From Phyllobates terribilis (taxonomy: Eukaryota), in contig NW_027362772.1 in assembly GCF_046119375.1 (NCBI RefSeq), forward strand, positions 91,450,001-91,513,949: a stretch of 63,949 nt of DNA. The letters run 5' to 3'. A program made the translations under genes and the position numbers. Below, in pieces: positions 57,201-63,949 of the stretch. Numbering within the stretch: position 1 is the stretch's first letter; each line of letters opens with the position of its first letter. Under the pieces are notes generated by a model. That model saw nothing but the letters and a program-made list of their open reading frames with translations. It searched no databases and was not told the DNA's origin.

Positions 57201-60200
57201 CTTCTAGCTCCATCCCCGTGTTATCTGGGTGCGCGTACCCGGCCGCCATCACTGCTCTCATCACTGCTTCCCCTTCGCTGGACTGACTGAATGCCGGACG
57301 AGCACCGGAGCTCCGCTGGACGGACTGAATGCCGGACGAGCACCGGAGCTCCGCTGGACGGACTGAATGCCGGACGAGCACCGGAGCTCCGCTGGACGGA
57401 CTGAATGCCGGACGAGCACCGGAGCTCCGCTGGACGGACTGAATGCCGGACGAGCACCGGAGCTCCGCTGGACGGACTGAATGCCTGACGAGCACCGGAG
57501 CTCCGCTGGACGGACTGAATGCCGGACGAGCAGCGGAGCTCCGCTGGACGGACTGAATGCCGGACGAGCACCGGAGCTCCGCTGGACGGACTGAATGCCG
57601 GACGAGCACCGGAGCTCCGCTGGACGGACTGAATGCCGGACGAGCACCGGAGCTCCGCTGGACGGACTGAATGCCGGACGAGCACCGGAGCTCCGCTGGA
57701 CGGACTGAATGCCGGACGAGCAGCGGAGCTCCGCTGGACGGACTGAATGCCGGACGAGCAGCGGAGCTCCGCTGGACGGACTGAATGCCGGACGAGCAGC
57801 GGAGCTCCGCTGGACGGACTGAATGCCGGACGAGCAGCGGAGCTCCGCTGGACGGACTGAATGCCGGACGAGCAGCGGAGCTCCGCTGGACGGACTGAAT
57901 GCCGGACGAGCAGCGGAGCTCCGCTGGACGGACTGAATGCCGGACGAGCAGCGGAGCTCCGCTGGACGGACTGAATGCCGGACGAGCAGCGGAGCTCCGC
58001 TGGACGGACTGAATGCCGGACGAGCAGCGGAGCTCCGCTGGACGGACTGAATGCCGGACGAGCAGCGGAGCTCCGCTGGACGGACTGAATGCCGGACGAG
58101 CAGCGGAGCTCCGCTGGACGGACTGAATGCCGGACGAGCAGCGGAGCTCCGCTGGACGGACTGAATGCCGGACGAGCAGCGGAGCTCCGCTGGACGGACT
58201 GAATGCCGGACGAGCAGCGGAGCTCCGCTGGACGGACTGAATGCCGGACGAGCAGCGGAGCTCCGCTGGACTGATGGATCCTGATCGCTGTCTGTCCCCG
58301 CAGGTCAGAGAAGGAGGCGCTGGAGACGACCCTGTACGACATCCAGCAGCAGCTCGTCCACATCACCAACCGCAAGGAGCAGCTGGAGGGAGAGACACAG
58401 GGTCTGCGGCTGGCGAAGGAGGCGTTACAGGGTGAGAGAGGGCAGTATATACAGGGCACCCGGCCCCCCAGGTGGGTGCACCCCAGATAATCTCTCCATC
58501 GCCTTGTTCCCGCTCCTATAGTGGAGGTCAGCTCCGCGCGGAGGCTGATGGAGGCCGAGATCGCTAAGCTGGAGCGCGACAAGGAGGCCGTGAACCAGAA
58601 ACTGATCTGCATGGAGGAGGAAGCGAAGATCACCCTGAAGAGCAAAGAGAAGGCGCATGAAGAGGACGTGGAGCGGCTGCTGCAGGAGAAGGTGGGTGTG
58701 CAGCCGTGACTTGTGGAACTACAGGTCCCGGCAGGCTGTGGTGCTCGTGGGCATCTGTACGTAGTGAGTGGACGGTTCTGTGTTGCAGGACGCCGTCCGT
58801 CTGGAGCTGCAGTTAGAGAAGGAAGAGTTGCTCCGCCGGCTGACGCAGGAGCGCGAGGAGCTGCTGGCGCGATACGAGATGGAGCGTGAGGAGCTGAGCG
58901 AGGAGATCGCGGCGCTGCAGCAGGAGCGCGACGACGGCTTGTTACAGGCGGAGAGCGAGAAGCAGCAGGTGAGGATGAGGGGGCGTCCGGGGCTCCGGGC
59001 CGACATCATGGCACCTTACCGTCTCCTCCTCCTCATCTCCTCCTCCTCATCTCCTCCTCCTCATCTCCTCCTCCTCATCTCCTCCTCCTCATCTCCTCCT
59101 CCTCCTCCTCCTCCTCCTCCTCCTCCTCCTCCTCCTCCTCCTCCTCCTCCTCCACCGTCTCCTCACCGTCTCCTCCTCCTCCTCCTCACCGTCTCCTCCT
59201 CCTCACCGTCTCCTCCTCCTCACCGTCTCCTCCTCCTCACCGTCTCCTCCTCCTCCTCCTCACCGTCTCCTCCTCCTCACCGTCTCCTCCTCCTCACCGT
59301 CTCCTCCTCCTCACCGTCTCCTCCTCCTCACCGTCTCCTCCTCCTCACCGTCTCCTCCTCCTCACCGTCTCCTCCTCCTCACCGTCTCCTCCTCCTCACC
59401 GTCTCCTCCTCCTCACCGTCTCCTCCTCCTCACCGTCTCCTCCTCCTCACCGTCTCCTCCTCCTCACGTCTCCTCTTTCTCATCCTCATCCTCCTCCTCA
59501 TCCTCCTCCTCCTCATCCTCCTCCTCATCCTCTCCTCATCCTCTCCTCATCCTCTCCTCACCGTCTCCTCACCGTCTCCTCATCCTCCTCCTCACCGTCT
59601 CCTCATCCTCCTCCTCACCGTCTCCTCATCCTCCTCCTCACCGTCTCCTCATCCTCTCCTCCTCCTCCTCATCCTCTCCTCCTCCTCCTTATCCTCTCCT
59701 CCTCCTCCTTATCCTCTCCTCCTCCTCCTTATCCTCTCCTCCTCCTCCTTATCCTCTCCTCCTCCTCCTTATCCTCTCCTCATCCTCTCCTCCGTCTCCT
59801 CCTCCTCATCCTCTCCTCCTCCTCATCCTCTCCTCCTCCTCATCCTCTCCTCCTCCTCACCGTCTCCTCCTCACCGTCTCCTCCTCCTCACCGTCTCCTC
59901 CTCCTCACCGTCTCCTCCTCCTCACCGTCTCCTCCTCCTCACCGTCTCCTCCTCCCTCACCGTCTCCTCCTCCTCACCGTCTCCTCCTCCTCTCCTCCTC
60001 CGTCTCCTCATCCTCNNNNNNNNNNNNNNNNNNNNNNNNNNNNNNNNNNNNNNNNNNNNNNNNNNNNNNNNNNNNNNNNNNNNNNNNNNNNNNNNNNNNN
60101 NNNNNNNNNNNNNNNNNNNNNNNNNNNNNNNNNNNNNNNNNNNNNNNNNNNNTCCTCCTCATCCTCTCCTCATCCTCCTCCTCATCCTCCTCCTCATCCT

Positions 60201-63200
60201 CTCCTCATCCTCCTCCTCATCCTCTCCTCATCCTCTCCTCATCCTCTCCTCATCCTCTCCTCATCCTCTCCTCATCCTCTCCTCATCCTCTCCTCATCCT
60301 CTCCTCATCCTCTCCTCATCCTCTCCTCATCCTCTCCTCATCCTCTCCTCTCACCGTCTCCTCATCCTCCTCCTCACCCTCCTCATCCTCCCACCGTCTC
60401 CTCATCCTCCTCCTCACCGTCTCCTCATCCTCTCCTCCTCCTCCTCATCCTCTCCTCCTCCTCCTTATCCTCTCCTCCTCCTCTCCTCCTCATCCTCTCC
60501 TCCTCATCCTCTCCTCCCTCCTCTCCTCATCCTCTCCTCCGTCTCCTCATCCTCCTCCTCCTCCTCACCTCCTCTTCCTCCTCACCTCCTCCTCCTCCTC
60601 CGTCTCCTCCTCACCACCTCCTCCTCCTCACCTCCTCCTCCCTCCGTCTCCTCCTCATCCTCCTCTTCCTCCTCTTCCTCATCCTCCTCNNNNNNNNNNN
60701 NNNNNNNNNNNNNNNNNNNNNNNNNNNNNNNNNNNNNNNNNNNNNNNNNNNNNNNNNNNNNNNNNNNNNNNNNNNNNNNNNNNNNNNNNNNNNNNNNNNN
60801 NNNNNNNNNNNNNNNNNNNNNNNNNNNNNNNNNNNNNNNNNCTCATCCTCTCCCATCCTCCTCATCCTCTCCTCATCCTCCTCATCCTCCTCATCCTCTC
60901 CTCATCCTCCTCATCCTCTCCTCATCCTCCTCATCCTCCTCATCCTCTCCTCATCCTCTCCTCATCCTCTCCTCATCCTCTCCTCATCCTCCTCCTCACC
61001 CTCCTCCTCACCGTCTCCTCATCCTCCTCCTCACCGTCTCCTCATCCTCCTCCTCACCGTCTCCTCATCCTCCTCCTCACTCCTCTCCTCCTCCTCCTCC
61101 TCACCGTCTCCTCATCCTCTNNNNNNNNNNNNNNNNNNNNNNNNNNNNNNNNNNNNNNNNNNNNNNNNNNNNNNNNNNNNNNNNNNNNNNNNNNNNNNNN
61201 NNNNNNNNNNNNNNNNNNNNNNNNNNNNNNNNNNNNNNNNNNNNNNNNNNNNNNATCCTCTCCTCATCCTCTCCTCCTCATCCTCTCCTCCTCCTCCTCA
61301 TCCTCTCCTCCTCCTCTCATCCTCCTCCTCCTCCTCCGTCTCCTCATCCTCCTCCTCACCTCCTCCTCCTCCTCACCTCCTNNNNNNNNNNNNNNNNNNN
61401 NNNNNNNNNNNNNNNNNNNNNNNNNNNNNNNNNNNNNNNNNNNNNNNNNNNNNNNNNNNNNNNNNNNNNNNNNNNNNNNNNNNNNNNNNNNNNNNNNNNN
61501 NNNNNNNNNNNNNNNNNNNNNNNNNNNNNNNNNNNNNNNNNNNNNNNNNNNNNNNNNNNNNNNNNNNNNNNNNNNNNNNNNNNNNNNNNNNNNNNNNNNN
61601 NNNNNNNNNNNNNNNNNNNTCATCCTCTCCTCATCCTCTCCTCATCCTCTCCTCATCCTCTCCTCATCCTCTCCTCATCCTCTCCTCATCCTCTCCCTCA
61701 TCCTCTCCTCATCCTCTCCCTCACCGTCTCCTCCTCCTCCTCCTCACCGTCTCCTCATCCTCCTCCTCTCCTCCTTATCCTCTCCTCCTCCTCCTTATCC
61801 TCTCCTCCTCCTCCTTATCCCTCCTCCTCCTCCTTATCCTCCTCCTCCCTTATCCTCTCCTCCCTCTCCTCTCCTCATCCTCTCCTCCTCCTCCTCCTCC
61901 TCCCCTCCTCCTCCTCCTCCTCCTCCTCCTCCTCCTCCTCCTCCGTCTCCTCATCCTCCTCCTCACCGTCTCCTCATCCTCCTCCTCACCTCTCCTCATC
62001 CTCCTCCTCACCGTCTCCTCATCCTCCTCCTCACCGTCTCCTCATCCTCCTCCTCACCGTCTCCTCATCCTCCTCACTCATCCTCTCCTCATCCTCTCCT
62101 CCTCCTCCTCATCCTCTCCTCCTCCTCCACCCCTCATCCTCTCCTCCTCCCTCCTTCCCTCCCTCCTCCGTCTCCTCATCCTCCTCACCTCATCCCTCCT
62201 CCTCATNNNNNNNNNNNNNNNNNNNNNNNNNNNNNNNNNNNNNNNNNNNNNNNNNNNNNNNNNNNNNNNNNNNNNNNNNNNNNNNNNNNNNNNNNNNNNN
62301 NNNNNNNNNNNNNNNNNNNNNNNNNNNNNNNNNNNNNNNNNNNNNNNNNNNNNNNNNNNNNCCGTCTCCTCATCCTCCTCTTCCTCTTTCTCATCTCCTC
62401 CTCATCCTCTTCCTCATCCTTCTCCTCCTCATCCTCCTCCTCCTCTCCTCATCCTCCTCTCCTCATCCTCCTCTCCTCATCCCTCCTCCTCCTCATCCTC
62501 TCCTCATCCTCCTCTCCTCCCACCGTCTCCTCATCCTCCTCCTCACCGTCTCCTCATCCTCCTCCTCACCGTCTCCTCATCCTCCTCCTCACCGTCTCCT
62601 CATCCTCCTCCTCTCCTCCTCCTCCTTATCCTCTCCTCCTCATCCTCATCCTCTCCTCCTCCTCCTCATTATCCTCTCCTCCTCCTCCTTATCCTCTCCT
62701 CCTCCTCCTTATCCTCCCTCCTCCTCCTTATCCTCTCCTCCTTATCCTCTCCTCCTTATCCTNNNNNNNNNNNNNNNNNNNNNNNNNNNNNNNNNNNNNN
62801 NNNNNNNNNNNNNNNNNNNNNNNNNNNNNNNNNNNNNNNNNNNNNNNNNNNNNNNNNNNNNNNNNNNNNNNNNNNNNNNNNNNNNNNNNNNNNNNNNNNN
62901 NNNNNNNNNNNNNNNNNNNNNNNNNNNNNNNNNNNNNNNNNNNNNNNNNNNNNNNNNNNNNNNNNNNNNNNNNNNNNNNNNNNNNNNNNNNNNNNNNNNN
63001 NNNNNNNNNNNNNNNNNNNNNNNNNNNNNNNNNNNNNNNNNNNNNNNNNNNNNNNNNNNNNNNNNNNNNNNNNNNNNNNNNNNNNNNNNNNNNNNNNNNN
63101 NNNNNNNNNNNNNNNCTCACCGTCTCCTCATCCTCCTCCTCACCGTCTCCTCATCCTCCTCCTCACCGTCTCCTCATCCTCCTCCTCACCGTCTCCTCAT

Positions 63201-63851
63201 CCTCCTCCTCACCGTCTCCTCATCCTCCTCCTCACCGTCTCCTCATCCTCCTCCTCACCGTCTCCTCATCCTCCTCCTCACCGTCTCCTCATCCTCCTCC
63301 TCACCGTCTCCTCATCCTCCTCCTCACCGTCTCCTCATCCTCCTCCTCATCCTCCTCCTCACCGTCTCCTCATCCTCNNNNNNNNNNNNNNNNNNNNNNN
63401 NNNNNNNNNNNNNNNNNNNNNNNNNNNNNNNNNNNNNNNNNNNNNNNNNNNNNNNNNNNNNNNNNNNNNNNNNNNNNNNNNNNNNNNNNNNNNNNNNNNN
63501 NNNNNNNNNNNNNNNNNNNNNNNNNNNNNNNNNNNNNNNNNNNNNNNNNNNNNNNNNNNNNNNNNNNNNNNNNNNNNNNNNNNNNNNNNNNNNNNNNNNN
63601 NNNNNNNNNNNNNNNNNNNNNNNNNNNNNNNNNNNNNNNNNNNNNNNNNNNNNNNNNNNNNNNNNNNNNNNNNNNNNNNNNNNNNNNNNNNNNNNNNNNN
63701 NNNNNNNNNNNNNNNNNNNNTATCACTGAAGGAATCAGAAAAAGCTTCTCTGAGTGAGAAACTCGGCAGCGCTCACAGCACAATGGCCGCCCTGACCCTG
63801 GAGATGGAGCGACACAAGCGGGAGAGTCAGGGGAGGCACGAGCAGGAGCGG
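33232..63851 (+). CDS. CROCC: Rootletin (ciliary rootlet coiled-coil), 5' partial: 22 coding exons in window, about 1117 codons, continues downstream
   Basis: Hallmarks TLEAVIQ, IREIVTRNLS, LSLQEENRLLQQELSRVEDLLAQSRAERDELAIKYNA, SFNAYFSNEHSRLLSLWRQVVGFRR, EELSEEIAALQQERDDGLLQAESEKQQ; all traced junctions GT-AG and in phase. Confidence 0.97.
33371..33512 (+). CDS. CROCC: CROCC exon 2
   Basis: ALSAHV...LPARIREIVTRNLSPPPGA, donor GTGAGG at 33513. Confidence 0.92.
33520..34846. repeat. C-rich minisatellite of about 40 bp at the start of CROCC intron 2
   Basis: CCCCCTGTACCTCTATACACCCCCCGACCCGAGCCC(T/G)GTG units with variable C runs. Confidence 0.96.
34847..39200. repeat. Pyrimidine-rich 28-30-bp minisatellite, about 150 copies, CROCC intron 2
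   Basis: CTCTTGTTCCTCTGTCACTC(A/G)CCCCCCC units. Confidence 0.99.
39355..39373 (+). promoter_or_regulatory. ZNF143/THAP11-type ACTACA-SBS motif
   Basis: ACTACAACTCCCAGCATGC; reverse copy at 2662-2678 and a variant at 58718-58736. Confidence 0.45.
39586..39734 (+). CDS. CROCC: CROCC exon 3
   Basis: LAADMSSLLSLQEENRLLQQELSRVEDLLAQSRAERDELAIKYNAISER, donor GTAATA. Confidence 0.95.
39740..44598. repeat. AT-rich 45-bp minisatellite, about 108 copies, CROCC intron 3
   Basis: TATAACCTGGGCATCTCCTGTATATAATTATATATGTACAGCTGG units. Confidence 0.99.
44804..45934. repeat. 34-36-bp tandem repeat, about 32 copies, derived from the Tc1 transposase 3' end
   Basis: CAGCTTTCTCTGCAGTCTTTTGGGGTCTGTCTCTC; minus strand reads ETDPKRLQ, like ETYPKRL of Tc1 transposases. 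Confidence 0.93.
46744..46940. repeat. 40-bp tandem repeat x5 inside the Tc1 relic
   Basis: TTTATCCCTGACCTGTCTGGTG(T/G)GCTCCTTAGTTTTCAGC at 46744, 46784, 46824, 46864, 46904. Confidence 0.95.
47447..47460. promoter_or_regulatory. Candidate RFX X-box in CROCC intron 3
   Basis: GTCTCCATGGTGAC fits RYYNYY-WW-RRNRAC exactly. Confidence 0.5.
47590..47955. repeat. Degenerate GC-rich repeat of about 29 bp
   Basis: Recurring TAGCGGGGCCCCGGGGGTCTGCC(A/C)G(A/T)GT(G/C). Confidence 0.7.
48083..48274 (+). CDS. CROCC: CROCC exon 4
   Basis: LEQNLRLETGE...YKRKLQAYQEGQQRQAQLVQKLQAK, donor GTGAGC. Confidence 0.96.
48364..48447 (+). CDS. CROCC: CROCC exon 5
   Basis: VLQYKKRCGEVEQQLLERSTELEQERLS, donor GTGAGT. 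Confidence 0.95.
48753..50008. repeat. 33-bp minisatellite, about 38 copies, CROCC intron 5
   Basis: CCCACACAAAGCGGCACAATAACACCCGCGCCG units. Confidence 0.98.
50068..50165 (+). CDS. CROCC: CROCC exon 6
   Basis: SRLEVTDSRLRQEEESSNELENALIRLEEEQQR, donor GTACGG. Confidence 0.9.
50365..50530 (+). CDS. CROCC: CROCC exon 7
   Basis: SASLTQVNVMLREQLDQANSANQALSEDLRK...WRREEE. Confidence 0.95.
50615..50721 (+). CDS. CROCC: CROCC exon 8
   Basis: SFNAYFSNEHSRLLSLWRQVVGFRRHFSEMKTMTER. Confidence 0.96.
50792..51013 (+). CDS. CROCC: CROCC exon 9
   Basis: DLSAMQKGLSQ...LRLAENS...EKAELSAR. Confidence 0.92.
51092..51176 (+). CDS. CROCC: CROCC exon 10
   Basis: AAEMNKTIERLQVDSRDKELTIRQLQEQ; phase-consistent. 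Confidence 0.88.
52543..52647 (+). CDS. CROCC: CROCC exon 11
   Basis: EMSRVDERVTLVGEEVEALRCERETLQETLRELTQ. Confidence 0.88.
52907..53155 (+). CDS. CROCC: CROCC exon 12
   Basis: AVLSDADSGLQLS...SPRRSLSPAFRDSALSAVHSALQRRQLQIQ. Confidence 0.95.
53505..53704 (+). CDS. CROCC: CROCC exon 13
   Basis: ELRGRLEGGQEAAGTLRRQLSDSENDRRVLEQK... Confidence 0.94.
53831..54013 (+). CDS. CROCC: CROCC exon 14
   Basis: DRTALERSVHNLQEQLETQRQEAEKLQ...QREVDRG. Confidence 0.92.
54160..54304 (+). CDS. CROCC: CROCC exon 15
   Basis: HKSQEQLEVKLSALRKELVVVKEVL...ITQALSK. Confidence 0.93.
54690..55410 (+). mobile_element. Truncated Tc1-like transposase relic in CROCC intron 15
   Basis: ATG at 54774: MGRCRHCSEEQRTVIKKLIGEGKTYKEVQ...GRKRKTT...NILWTDERKIVLFGS with stops and frameshifts; breaks off before the second Asp. 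Confidence 0.85.
55515..55661 (+). CDS. CROCC: CROCC exon 16
   Basis: AEIHRAELELAL...DALSKMSALNESLAQDKTELNKVIAQ. Confidence 0.96.
55668..56350. repeat. 30-43-bp minisatellite filling CROCC intron 16
   Basis: GAGGCCGCGGGACCCCCACACCTCAGCCCCTCGTGGCAGTG units with internal duplicated blocks. Confidence 0.95.
56397..56627 (+). CDS. CROCC: CROCC exon 17
   Basis: LEQQRSSLQGQKHEVEQE...RANVQEQLGQ. Confidence 0.94.
56681..56948. repeat. 47-bp tandem repeat, about 6 copies, CROCC intron 17
   Basis: GCAGAGCATTGTGGGTC(G/A)TCTTGG(C/T)CCCCGGGATTGGAC(G/A)GGT(GGG/AGT)T units. Confidence 0.93.
56992..57185 (+). CDS. CROCC: CROCC exon 18
   Basis: LSRQRNVLSEDLVQSRRE...REKEALMKEKGGLVVQLTACERE... Confidence 0.94.
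57285..58271. repeat. 38-bp minisatellite x26, CROCC intron 18
   Basis: GACTGAATGCCGGACGAGCA(C/G)CGGAGCTCCGCTGGACG units. Confidence 0.98.
58304..58431 (+). CDS. CROCC: CROCC exon 19
   Basis: SEKEALETTLYDIQQQL...LAKEALQ. Confidence 0.94.
58522..58691 (+). CDS. CROCC: CROCC exon 20
   Basis: EVSSARRLME...DKEAVNQKL...AHEEDVERLLQEK. Confidence 0.94.
58789..58968 (+). CDS. CROCC: CROCC exon 21
   Basis: DAVRLELQLEKEE...EELSEEIAALQQERDDGLLQAESEKQQ. Confidence 0.96.
59015..63720. repeat. (TCC)n-based cryptic microsatellite interrupted by seven N-runs, CROCC intron 21
   Basis: TCC, CATCC and CACCGTCTCC motifs; N at 60016-60152, 60690-60841, 61121-61254, 61382-61619, 62207-62361, 62763-63115, 63378-63720. 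Confidence 0.95.
63721..63851 (+). CDS. CROCC: CROCC exon 22 (acceptor and about the first 4 nt hidden by N)
   Basis: (L)SLKESEKASLSEKLGSAHSTMAALTLEMERHKRESQGRHEQER, donor GTAAGT at 63852. Confidence 0.93.
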
Positions 63852-63949
63852 GTAAGTGAGGGACGCATCGCCCCGTCCTCTGTCACCCCCTCTCCAGGCA
63901 GCTGATGAGATATTGGGGTCAGCGCTGCCCCATGTATCGTCGCCCGTAT

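Noticed and set aside
58768-63729. 1653-aa ORF
   Set aside because: Only 58789-58968 is coding (CROCC exon 21); the rest is read-through into a TCC repeat and N-runs.

Overview
Vertebrate genomic window, most likely anuran amphibian (inferred from repeat content, not verified). It holds three + strand spliced genes in the order SZRD1 (4 coding exons, 152 aa), NECAP2 (8 coding exons, 250 aa) and the 5' part of CROCC/rootletin (22 coding exons, about 1117 codons, continuing past the window). All junctions I traced are GT-AG and phase-consistent. About 60% of the window (rough estimate) is tandem repeat: nearly every enlarged intron carries its own minisatellite, often starting within a few to about 100 nt of a splice site and apparently seeded from local sequence, including from inside Tc1 transposons. 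Repeat-free introns are mostly only 66-260 nt. There are four Tc1/mariner relics; one is full length with perfect 25-bp ITRs and DD37E spacing. The very long ORFs in the six-frame track are artefacts of stop-free repeats. Most interesting leads: the locus-wide minisatellite seeding pattern; arrays that multiply RNA signals (about 150 donor-like sites, a 4.4-kb AG-free branchpoint/polypyrimidine array, about 100 Pumilio elements per strand); an Arg-to-Cys change at the NECAP PHear ligand-binding arginine; and a 60-bp inverted copy of the CROCC 5' region that brackets its first two coding exons.
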